Assembly (NCBI RefSeq): GCF_001194135.2
Contig: NC_068997.1
Location: 6,775,387 to 6,838,923 of the forward strand
Direction of reading: 5' to 3'
Source: Octopus bimaculoides
Lineage: Eukaryota
Length of the DNA: 63,537 nt
In this document: positions 47,601 through 56,741 of the stretch, in pieces
Layout: each line of letters opens with the position of its first letter
Position numbering within the stretch: the first letter of the stretch is position 1
Notes under the pieces: model-generated
Database searches by the model: none
The model's input: only the letters and a program-made list of their open reading frames with translations
What the model was told of the DNA's origin: nothing
Translations under genes and position numbers: made by a program

Positions 47601-50600
47601 GCCAAATTTAAAAACTGACACTCGTTCTTTCATTATTTTGTGATCCATTCAGTCCATATCTAAAGGAAGGAATATCTAGATTGAGTAATTTGAGCAGCAT
47701 TTTTCCTGTAGATTTCTCCATATTATTTTATCCTCTAAAAAGAATCTTGTGCAGCAGACACGTTTTGCTAAGCAGTTAAGTCTAATCTGTTTCTGTGAAT
47801 AAGAACAGCAGGTAATTTCAATATTGTAGGTAGTCGCTTTAAAGTAATATATCAAATCTAAGAAAACCTTGACCGAATAGATGCAACAAAGTAACATTGA
47901 AGAAAGGAAGCCAATAAAACGGGGTCGGATCAAGGCTTTCCCTTTCTCCCCTCTCTCTCCCTCTCTTTCTATATATGTATATGTGTGTGTGTGTGTGTGT
48001 TTGTGTGTGTATGTATGTGTGTGTGTGTAAATAAAATGGAGTTGCTACGTTTTGCTATACATTAATTCTGAAGAAGTAGTTGGTGGGAAAACTGGAAAAC
48101 CATTTACTCTGAAATAAAAGGTGTTTATCTTATCTTTCAATTGGATAAAGTCTGAGATACATCTTTTGCGAAATACTTATTTTCGAAATAAATATGGTTT
48201 GTTCAGTTAGACAGAATAGTTCACAAATACAATGACAATAAACTGTAGCATATCAGAATAATGATAAAAATTATGCTTACCAAACCATCACAAAAAGATA
48301 AAGATGCCATTCCATAACCATTTAGAGTTTTACCAAATACGTGACATTTCGGAAGAAATGTGACATTTTGAACATGTTCTTCTTGACCGTCGAATATGAT
48401 CACTTCACAGTTTGGATGGAAAACAGAACTTGGTTCCCAGAGCAAAAGATCGATGTGGAAGGATTCAGTATGAACGCTGAGAGTAGAGTTTGTGCGGTTA
48501 GCAAACGTAACTTCGTCTCTAAAATATAAAACGATGTTGAAAATTAAAATGTGGTTGTGGCGACAAGGTTTATTAGTTGTCGTTATAATAACTGTGATTG
48601 TACAGAATTATAATATTATTCAATTAATTAATTACAATTATAATTACGGAATAAGTGACAATAACATCGACCTTCCATGCATCCTATTTAGGTTACTGCT
48701 TAACTTTCCGCTAGTATTAATTCTTAATTAATATTCGTTGTAAATAAGGCGATCAACTGGCAAAAACGTTAGCAAAATGCTGACCACTTTTCTTTCCCAC
48801 CCCCACTCCGAGAAATAGTTGGCCTTGCGTCAATATTACTTTCGAATTTCGGTACAAGGCCAGCAATTTTAAGGGAGGGGTGAGTTGATGACATCCACCC
48901 CAGTGTTCAACTGGTACTTACTTTGTCAACCCCGAAAGGACGAACAGCAAAGTCGGCCTCTACGGAATTTGAATTCAGAACAAAGACGAAATGCCGCAAA
49001 GCATTATTTCCGGTGTGTTAACGATTCTGCCAATTTGCAACCTTAAATTCCTTTTAATTAATATTAAGATTTTGCTCCGTAGTTTCTAATCTTATTCGAA
49101 GCAGTCTTAATCGTTCAGCTAACAAATATATCTATTTACTTGTATCAGTGTCATGCATTTAAAAGCCCTATTCCTCAATTGGTCTTAATGAGTTTGAGGG
49201 AATGCAAATAGCAGCTGTGGCATTCATGTCAGCCTCTTCTAAGGCAGCCGTTCCCAATATTTCACTTTAGGTTCCTTCCGTGCTGCGTGGAAACGATATT
49301 TATTATCCAGAGTCTTTATCAAAGGACTCGTCGCTATTAACGAAAAAAAAAGCGGAATAACAAAGGTGCAATTCTAGATAAACGGTAGTTATAGTTGTGT
49401 GTGTGTGCGTGTATGAGTGTGTGTGAGTATGTGTGTATATATTCATATATATATGCGTGTGTGTGTGTAATAGTGAGTTCTCTAATACATTTATCAAATG
49501 GAAGGAGCTTTCCAAATTCAGTGAGTTTTGTGTTACTTTATGATACTGTAGATTACCAGGTGGCCCGACTCGGTATTTCATCCCAGTGTAGTCTTCTCTT
49601 ACAAACATCAATTTGTGCCAAATTCTCTCGACTTTTTTGAAAAATATATTTTATGCCTTATTTTGAAATTGCAATCACCAGGTTAAAAAAAAAATGAATT
49701 AATAAGAAAATATATTTACTTTCGACTAAACATAAGAACTACACAATATCCTTTGTTTTTATCACCTACAATGCTACTGAAATGAAACTTTAACTATTTC
49801 TAGTTGCAAATTATAAAATTCTATGACTTTCTGATGGAATCAAACAAATTATCCTAATTTAGAAATTACGCTATTTTCTAAAAATCTAATTCCTTCTCAA
49901 TTCTTCTTCTCTTACCTATCAAATTTCCTTGCTTGAGACCAGAAATTCTTTTCAAAGAATTCAGTGCTACCTTGTTGGGAAATACTGCTATAAGGCATTC
50001 TTGACATAGGGTAAACTGACTGGTTCTGCTAAGAATTCACGGAGAAATTATCTACGCCCAACATTCTTTCGCCACATTTATTCAGGTGATGAATATTAAT
50101 GGCATTCAGATAATTCAGCCCTATATACATTGTGCATGTAAATAATAAACGGGGTCAGAAATTACTTTAAACCCTTAGATGATTGCAAAAAAAAAGGTTT
50201 GAAAATTTAAAGTCAGTTTACCTCAAATAATCAGCATTAATGGTAGCCCAGTGGAACTCGTTGAAACCATCTAAAACAGTGAAAAGAGAAATAGACTGAT
50301 TGCTGGTGCAACAGGAATATATATAACGTGTTCTGTCTAATATGTCATAACTGATGTGGAGGCGCATTGGCCCAGTGGTTAGGGCAGCGGACTCGCGGTC
50401 ATAGGATCGCGGTTTCGATTCCCAGACCGGGCGTTGTGAGTGTTTATTGAGTGAAAACACCTAAAGCTCCACGAGGCTCTGGCAGGGGGTGGTGGCGAAC
50501 CCTGCTGTACTCTTTCACCACAACTTTCTCTCACTCTTTCTTCCTGTTTCTGTTGTGTCTGTATTTCAAAGGGCCAGCCTTGGCACACTGTGTCACGCTG

Positions 50601-52083
50601 AATATCGCCGAGAACTACGTTAAGGGTACACGTGTCTGTGGAGTGCTCAGCCACTTGCACGTTAATTTCACGTGCAGGCTGTTCCGTTGATCGGATCAAC
50701 AGGAACCCTCGACGTCGTAAGCGACGGAGTGCCAACAACAACAATCATAACTAATATCTATCTATCTACGTCCTCCTACCCAATTCAGGATCACCAACAT
50801 ATAGGTACACAATTTAGATTATTTGGAACAAAAAACGGAATTTCGACAAAAATTCGAAAATAAAAGTGTCTCTCGTTATTTCCTCACATTATGAAACTGA
50901 AAAAAGGCAACAGAATTTAAGAATATTGAAGTTAAATTACTGAATATGTTAGACTTACCACGATGGAGAGCATCTTTCATTGTGTGGCAAGAGAAATCTT
51001 CAGAAGGAATTTTCTAGATACAAAAATAATCAGAAATTAGTTTCAGTTACTCGAATTGAAGGCATTTAAACAATAACACAATAGCAGCTCTAAAACAATT
51101 CTTCTCTATAGTCGGGAAAGTTGTCACTGATTAGTGAATCCTGTAAGGAATAGTAAACTGAGCAGATGATGGATGAAACTTGAATGTTCAAACTAATCTT
51201 TTTAATGAACAAAATGAACAGAAAAGAAAAAAGTGAAGTGTGATGGAAAAACGATGTCACAATAAAGTAGTGAGTGCAATGTTATCGGATTTAATAAAGT
51301 AAACTTCACAAATCTAATTAGAAATACTTATACGTAGACAAGACAGAATTACCTTAATAACGAAAAATTTCGAATCATTTAGACAAGTAGGAGAGATAAC
51401 CGAGGACATGTTTCAGCCTTAACAGACATCCTCAGGGAATTATACAATTCACCGTTCTTACTGAAGTAAGAGCCACTGAGTAGATATACAATACTATATA
51501 CGAGTTTATATTTTGTGTCTGTGTGAGACATACTTATTATTATTCATTTAGAACAGAACCAAAGTTATATTCAGTCGGAAATCTATAATTTACGTTATTG
51601 TGAAATTACAAGTTACTCGTGTAAACACAGATGAATAAAAACATTCGATATACTCAAGCACAAATGTCTGTATGTGAGGCTAACCTCTTATAATTATGAT
51701 TTACGATAGTGAACATTATGACCAATAGCTATTTCTCACAACAGGGAACGTTTTTTTTTTTCTTTTTTGTTAATATTCCTCGAACAAAAAAAGACTGCGG
51801 AAGATTATCTCTTACCCAGTTATAGTCAAAAGAGGGTCCGGCCAAGATTTATATGTTAAGAAAACACTATTAACTACAGAGATGATTCAAAACTTTTCGT
51901 GATGTTTATAGCCGGATGGATGGGTTCAGGTAAGTCTCAATCCTGCGGCTTTTCTGTGCGCGACGGAGGGCAGGAGTCAGTGGTATGTTGCTAACTGTCA
52001 GGGCATCTAAAGTGGCATTCCAACAACTGACTTCACCATCCACGGAAGATTGTGCTGGCACTGCTACTGCTGTTGTTGTTGAA

Positions 52084-52118
<35 letters not shown>

Positions 52119-52451
52119 CTACGACGACGACGATGACGACGATGACAGTGATGATGATGATGATGAACTGAGGAAGCGAGGTGCATGTATCTTATTTAAG
52201 GCTGCAGTGCAGATAAGCTGTCTCCAGCGATTACAGACAGCCAAACGAGACTCTGCAAAACCTCATGAATCTAAATTAAATGCTGTAAAAGAAAAATTAA
52301 TAAATTGACACAAATGGTTGCAGAAAAGCTTCAGAAACAATGAGCAACAAATAGTTTCGCATCTCAAAAATCTTACCTGGGGGGATGGATCTAGTTGCAC
52401 ATTGCAACACAAAGTCAGGAACATAAGACAAAATATGAGAAATGCTTTCAT
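29528..52451 (-). CDS. Gene B (spliced, whole span): ADAMTS-type secreted zinc metalloprotease, paralogue of gene A, with two PAN/Apple domains inside the cysteine-rich region
   Basis: 19 GT-AG exons (75,55,49,238,115,146,87,98,126,129,107,80,105,164,61,142,234,234,152 nt = 2397 nt = 799 codons, no stops). HELAHNLGIPHD zinc motif, Met-turn GLMG, TSP1 and DGSPC motifs. Confidence 0.94.
31520..31753 (-). CDS. Gene B PAN/Apple exon 2
   Basis: LKYFKMYPNRSVRGFDDLGRKNNVSLEQCASACLVTKKCYSFEYKPTNRKCDLSSIS...WDFYERHDK; 234 nt, phase 1-1. Confidence 0.93.
32419..32515 (+). mobile_element. Penelope-like element remnant (C-terminal part of GIY-YIG region)
   Basis: KFNINWKLLNNCRPHLNSNRKSRLCLEKCYI resembles the Penelope W.IL...PY.N..K.C.LCL.EK..I motif. 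Confidence 0.55.
33081..33314 (-). CDS. Gene B PAN/Apple exon 1
   Basis: LKYFKMYPNRSVKGFDDLGRINNVSLEGCANGCLSTKECNSFEYKPTNRKCDLSSIS...WDFYERDGK; 234 nt, phase 1-1. Confidence 0.93.
33792..33985. mobile_element. 194-bp MITE with 26-bp TIRs and an internal tRNA-like segment
   Basis: tatactccgatttaaagcgacattta ... taaatgtcgctttaaatcggtgtata (1 mismatch); second inverted copy at 34127-34284. Confidence 0.75.
34464..34605 (-). CDS. Gene B exon 16, end of TSP1 and first part of cysteine-rich region
   Basis: ttgcag|PCFNDSSNYFELVKQRASEVCTMLLQYGYLDSKNFSSNGRTLASPNG|gtaagt; 142 nt, phase 0-1, bridges TSP1 to the first PAN exon in frame. Confidence 0.85.
35140..35573 (+). mobile_element. Mariner (Hsmar/SETMAR-like) transposase remnant with 3' TIR
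   Basis: PILLQDNARPHVAQRT..KLQELNLEVLCHSPDLAPTDYHVF; ends caaaatcggacatttcattcttaacgacctgata. Confidence 0.9.
35928..35988 (-). CDS. Gene B exon 15, TSP1 C-terminal half
   Basis: PVNTEWCKGQSIRGQLCNVQ; 61 nt. Confidence 0.9.
36827..36990 (-). CDS. Gene B exon 14, TSP1 repeat
   Basis: VCRFDMRCENLTETNLWVPILVVSGGWSEWSPYTDCSRSCGAGVRISTRRCDNP; 164 nt. Confidence 0.93.
37462..37593 (-). mobile_element. Family A SINE, 3' part
   Basis: ctactctaggcacaaagccc...gaccccgaaaggatgaaagacaaagttgacctcgg. Confidence 0.85.
38637..38741 (-). CDS. Gene B exon 13, disintegrin-like domain
   Basis: VCGIQSCAILLPGSDYGVLKVNNHGLDGLYCGQGK|gtaagc; 105 nt. Confidence 0.9.
38853..38932 (-). CDS. Gene B exon 12, disintegrin-like domain
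   Basis: AMYESSDVLCQQRFGERFQYIPLYPAH|gtaagt; 80 nt. Confidence 0.9.
39175..39281 (-). CDS. Gene B exon 11
   Basis: GKGKCLKTVNVFIPENKNVNSTKDVLNTNGYGLLPG. Confidence 0.9.
39661..39810 (+). mobile_element. pogo/Tigger-like transposase remnant
   Basis: NDANLDTATNYPEQLKK...RDYTPEQIYTVNKTSIFQRLM resembles ADEEAA..FPE.L....GY.PEQIFNADETGLFWK. Confidence 0.5.
41088..41216 (-). CDS. Gene B exon 10, third zinc His and Met-turn
   Basis: LGIPHDAMTHCGNMTQESSGLMGSRKTGWSQCSSRHLRRWLK. Confidence 0.93.
44104..44229 (-). CDS. Gene B exon 9, HExxH zinc motif
   Basis: VRGSFALGLSMSAAACTPAKCSLSRSWEWLSRNTLSHELAHN|gtaagt; 126 nt. Confidence 0.93.
45074..45126. repeat. 17-18-bp tandem repeat x3
   Basis: aaaatattaacgtgatc repeated, 20 nt into the intron after gene B exon 8. 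Confidence 0.85.
45146..45243 (-). CDS. Gene B exon 8
   Basis: IGSVSTLRQRLAKACTWANQRSLSADHIHIVSG; DHIHIV shared with gene A. Confidence 0.9.
45592..45678 (-). CDS. Gene B exon 7
   Basis: VQYEFLKENELNYSVKFLLVNIFFWKTNQ; 87 nt. Confidence 0.9.
46115..46260 (-). CDS. Gene B exon 6, catalytic domain start (an alternative in-frame acceptor 12 nt upstream is possible)
   Basis: VQSIEQPKERLSIEMALVYDEYMYKYMEEVMQAKTFLQKLQYIITTWNT|gtaagc. Confidence 0.88.
46441..46826 (-). mobile_element. tRNA-derived SINE (family C), full length, 11-bp TSD
   Basis: Head gtggaggcgcaatggcccagtggttagggcagcgg; TSD aaacactaaat at 46430-46440 and 46827-46837. Confidence 0.93.
47250..47364 (-). CDS. Gene B exon 5
   Basis: RGIITTNGTDYQVLPSEPNCRPGQYLLATRQSGVLWEN; 115 nt. 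Confidence 0.9.
48281..48518 (-). CDS. Gene B exon 4, M12B prodomain
   Basis: DEVTFANRTNSTLSVHTESFHIDLLLWEPSSVFHPNCEV...PKCHVFGKTLNGYGMASLSFCDGL|gtaagc. Confidence 0.92.
48840..49045 (-). mobile_element. Family A SINE, diverged
   Basis: ggtacaaggccagc...ccccgaaaggacgaacagcaaagtcggcctc...ttctgcc. Confidence 0.8.
50222..50270 (-). CDS. Gene B exon 3
   Basis: DGFNEFHWATINADYLR; 49 nt, phase 1-2. Confidence 0.82.
50356..50744 (+). mobile_element. Family C SINE, full length
   Basis: Near-identical to the 46441 copy; TSD tcataact(g/a)at at 50345-50355 and 50745-50755. Confidence 0.93.
50959..51013 (-). CDS. Gene B exon 2
   Basis: KIPSEDFSCHTMKDALHR|gtaagt; 55 nt, phase 0-1. Confidence 0.78.
52084..52165. 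repeat. (GAT/GAC)n microsatellite
   Basis: Directly visible; source of the spurious poly-Asp ORF. Confidence 0.95.
52377..52451 (-). CDS. Gene B exon 1, signal peptide
   Basis: MKAFLIFCLMFLTLCCNVQLDPSPQ|gtaaga; phase 0. Confidence 0.88.
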
Positions 52452-52489
52452 AGTGAGGAAATTGTGAACCGAGCTTCTCGCTAACAATT

Positions 52490-52497
52490 CTTATATA
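52490..52497 (-). promoter_or_regulatory. Candidate TATA box of gene B
   Basis: tatataag about 40 nt before the ATG on the minus strand. Confidence 0.3.
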
Positions 52498-52845
52498 CAA
52501 CATGATATTATGGATTACACGTTTATATATAACATAATTATACAAAGCAAGATACGTAGTTTCATCTCCTTATACGTATCAATAATGAAGCACGTAATTA
52601 ATAGAACTGATAATGTGAAACTGTCTCCGTCTTCCTAATTAAAACTCTTTCAGCTCTGTCATGCTTGCATCTTTTGGCCAATCCGCACCAATTTATACTT
52701 ACACGTGACTGTTATGTTCGAGCTGCATATGCGTGAACCTCTCTCTGTTTCACTGATTTAGTAATATTTGCATTAGAATTCTTTCCAACATGAAAACAAC
52801 TTATTATCTCTAATTATTACCGTTCACTATCTTTGCACACACTCA

Positions 52846-52912
<67 letters not shown>

Positions 52913-52952
52913 NNNNNNNNNNNNNNNNNNNNNNNNNNNNNNNNNNNNNNNN

Positions 52953-52985
<33 letters not shown>

Positions 52986-54863
52986 TCTGAAAATAATTTT
53001 CTCTTTTTCCATACTTCCTGCAGCACTCTAACTCGTTGCATGTATGTATGTATGTATGTATGTATGTATGTATGTGCGTGTCTGCGTGTGTGTGTGTGTG
53101 TGTGTGCATGCATGTAAGCATCTATGTATGTGTTATATGTGTGCTTATTGCGTGCGCGCTAGCATAAGTTGGTGTGACAATGAAAGAGAAAGATAGGCAG
53201 CAAAGGAAAAGCAGAAAGACATCCTGGACCGGCACAGCCACAGCCACAGCAAACAAACACATAAAAAGGCTGTTTAACTTTATTTGTATTAAATCTTAAG
53301 AGTACGTTTCTGTACAAAGGGGATTCGTTTGCATAAGAAATACTGCAAACATTGACATATAACAAAGCATTGATATAATATTCATATTTGATATTTCTGC
53401 TCCAGTTCTCTAATACCAGTTCACATATTCCACGTATATCTGCAAATCTCTCATAGAATACACTTTATATCTTTGAAAGTTGCAGCCAATGTAGCATTGG
53501 TATTTACTTCGAATTGTGTGCTAAGTTACAATAACAAAGAATTGTTACCCGAGTATTTAAGCCACTTGGTATCTCGGCCATCTCATGTTTATATTATGTT
53601 GTACCAAATTCCAATTGTTTAGGGTCGTTGCTGAACCAAGTCTCGTCAATACGCTTTTACGGTTTAGCAATGGCAAACAATGCTGGATTTGACTTCTGCG
53701 TAGTCTAGCGAGCTTCAATTCAACTAAAAGACCACTGTATTTTGTATCGCTGCATTCTGTTCTCCACATTCCATCCTTGTTTGCGCCGGACATTTCATGA
53801 TTACAGCTTCTATGAGAGTGCCACATCATACTACAGGATTCTATCAGTTTGCTTATACCATGTTAGAGGGAAAAAGTCCTCTGTTGCATTTCTTCTGCTC
53901 TTCATTTGTCGCCATGTCCTGCTATGGAAAGCTAAAAAGGCGCAACCAGATATCGCTAGGTCCCTTGTGTTAAGGCGTCCGGCTTATCTATGTGCTGTAG
54001 TTATACGTAAGAGATGTGGCCACCAGGATCTTGTTGAAGCGAAGAGTAATTCTGATTCAAGTGTGATTGAACTTGAGTTTTAAGCAGAGTGGAGCAGTAT
54101 GCATAACGAATTTCCCTGGCATTCAATTGTTTATGATGGTGGTGCAGAGGTACTTGAATTGAAAAGAATGTTTAAGCACTTTCCCCGAAAGGTGACCGTC
54201 ATGTCACCTATGGTTAATTATCAACTTTGTTTCCTCAGCCAGCATTTGCTGTAATCGCCGGAATATCGTTTTCATGTTGTCGGAATAACTTTTGCCGAGT
54301 TATCTACGTTTTTGTTCTTTGTACAGTGCACTCCTTCACCATGAGGTCCGCTTGACGAGGTATTCGTCATATCTATTCACACATGAAGTGTTCCTTGCAG
54401 AGATTAAATAACGCTGGTGAGAGAGCATATCCTATCTGTACTCTGACAGGTGTGTAGAAGAGGAGTGTCTCCCCATTTCAGAGATACTACGATGAACTTT
54501 AATGCAGAGATTTTCAAACAATCTTATGTCTTCAAAATTTATCAAGCAATCTTATGTCTTCTAAAGTATCAAAGAATACCAAAAACATTGCCATGCAACA
54601 TTCAGTCGAATGTTTTATTAAATCCTCGAACACCCGATATAATGTTTGCATGCTGGTCCCGCCAAATACCTTCGAGGCGATGTATTACATCCACTGTCCA
54701 CTTCCCAGTCATGAAGCCGCACTGCGTGCCCAATTCTTTACTTTTCACGATGGTATTAAGACTCTTTTGAATTCCATGCAACGCACATTCTACATTTGCC
54801 ACGATCATTCTTCTTATGAGATGTAAGTTCTATAACACAGAACATACACACATGCATGCATAA

Positions 54864-54904
<41 letters not shown>

Positions 54905-55218
54905 CAAACATCTTTGATTATGTATATATGTTTGGATGCATATACACAAACGTGTGTTTATGCATGACTGGTATTTGCTCGTACCAGTTTGTGTGTATAC
55001 AAGTGTATACGAGTGTACATGCGTACGTGTGTGTGTTTGCGCGCGCGCGCATGTATGCGAGCGTGCGCGCGTATTTGAATGGTTGTGTGTACATACGTGT
55101 GTGGACTTCCTAACAGTACATGCTCCAAGTAACATGTCATTAACAATGTATAAAATAGCAACACGGGGAGCCACTTCATCTGCTGTTAGTCAATATCGCT
55201 ATAGAATTAAATTGCCAT

Positions 55219-55256
<38 letters not shown>

Positions 55257-55332
55257 TATTATTATTAATGAAAAATAATAATATAAGTGGCTAGCAAGCA
55301 TAAAATCACCAAAAAGGTAAAATTATTAATTC

Positions 55333-55506
55333 ATAATCAGGGTACACGATAGTACACAGCATTGCTAGAAATAAGAGTCCAAAGTTGGCATCTTATAGAC
55401 TCGTTTCCTCGAATTCATCAATATGTAGAAGTGATTTACTGTGGTTCTTGAGTCGTTTGGATTCTTATTTCTAGCAATGCTGTGTACTATCTTGTACCAT
55501 GATTAT
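55333..55506. mobile_element. MITE-like foldback, 51-bp TIRs
   Basis: Arms 55333-55383 and 55456-55506 are reverse complements with 3 mismatches. Confidence 0.7.
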
Positions 55507-55984
55507 ATATATACATATGCAAGACTTGCAATATAATGATTCTCCCCCCCCCCCACACACACACACATTTGAGATAATGTACTCTTAGATAATTAGTGAA
55601 GTAGGTATGGTTGGAGCGCCTTCAATTACAGGGCCGTTTAATTATCGCTGACCTTGTGTACGAATAACAATAGAACAACGAGTTCTGACATGTCATGTAT
55701 ATCCTGATATAAGTTGTATTTGTCCATTTTGTCTATGCTTCACTGAAACCATCCGTTGTCATGGCAACGAACTCGATAGATGGGTAATTTTTTTCTTTCT
55801 CTTTTTGTCTCTTCCAGTGAAGACAACTAAGCAAATTGGTGAATTCATCAAAAAGTAGTCTTATCGACTTTTAATGAACATACTGTAAGTATCATATTTT
55901 GGCTGTTATATATATATGCATATACATACACATATATAAATATATCATATTATTATTATCATCATCATTATCATCATCATCATT

Positions 55985-56741
55985 ATGTTTCGGTTCAGGT
56001 TTGGTCTTATTCCTGGTAGGAGTTATGTGGTTAACGGGTTACTACCTGTAACCTTAGGTATCCACAAGTTTTCAGCAGTCTTTCAAGTGCTTAGAACTCT
56101 CCTGATAATCCTTGCTGTCCCTAAGAGACAAACTTTCTGTAGGAGCTCTACTGGGTATCCTCTTCCAATCTCCTTCAGCCATTTCTCTATATCTTTGTTT
56201 ATTGTTCCTAATGCACCAATTATTATAAGCACGACCTTTACTGTTTTCATCCTCCAAATGCTTCCAATTTCGAATTTTAAGGGATTGTATTGCTTTTGTT
56301 TTTCTTCCTCTTTCTTTGTGATCCTGAAATCAAAGAAGCATGGTGAGTCGATAAGTAAGCAACTTCACTTTTCCTTATTTATAATTGTTATGTCCGGTCT
56401 ATTATTTTCTAACTTCTTGTCCGTTTGAATAGGAAAGTCGTACAAAATCTTACGTTTCTCCGCCTCTAGTGCTCTTTCGACTCGGTGATTGTATTATGTG
56501 TTTCCAGTTTCAATCCCCGTTTCTGGGGATTTGAAAACTTTTCTGTAAAACTTTCACAACCTGGTCGGGCCTCTATTATTATTAGATGCTCTTCAACTAC
56601 GTACCAAGTGACCAAAGCGACAAAACTGATTTGGGGTCCCGTATTTATAATTTTTCTCACTAAATTAGGTCAGGCGAGACAAAGAATTTTCCGTTTCTTA
56701 TCTGCCTGAACTCTATTTCATGTAAGAATGCTAACTTAAAC
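55985..56741 (-). mobile_element. R4/Dong-like non-LTR retrotransposon 3' remnant (restriction-like endonuclease domain)
   Basis: Reverse strand reads KILYDFPIQTDKKLENNRPDITIINKEK*SCLLID...EEEKQKQYNPLKFEIGSIWRMKTVKVVLIIIGALG...LLQKVCLLGTARIIRRVL; ends in a (TAA/TGA)n tail. Confidence 0.82.

Noticed and set aside
51880-51935. Strong +-strand donor (cag|gtaagt at 51929) antisense within gene B intron 1
   Set aside because: No matching acceptor or ORF could be supported; an isolated donor motif is expected by chance.
51985-52308. Poly-Asp ORF
   Set aside because: Translation of a (GAT/GAC)n microsatellite in gene B intron 1; no splice or domain support.
54554-54826. 90-aa ORF with Cys/His residues
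   Set aside because: No recognisable family or splice boundaries; possibly a decayed repeat.
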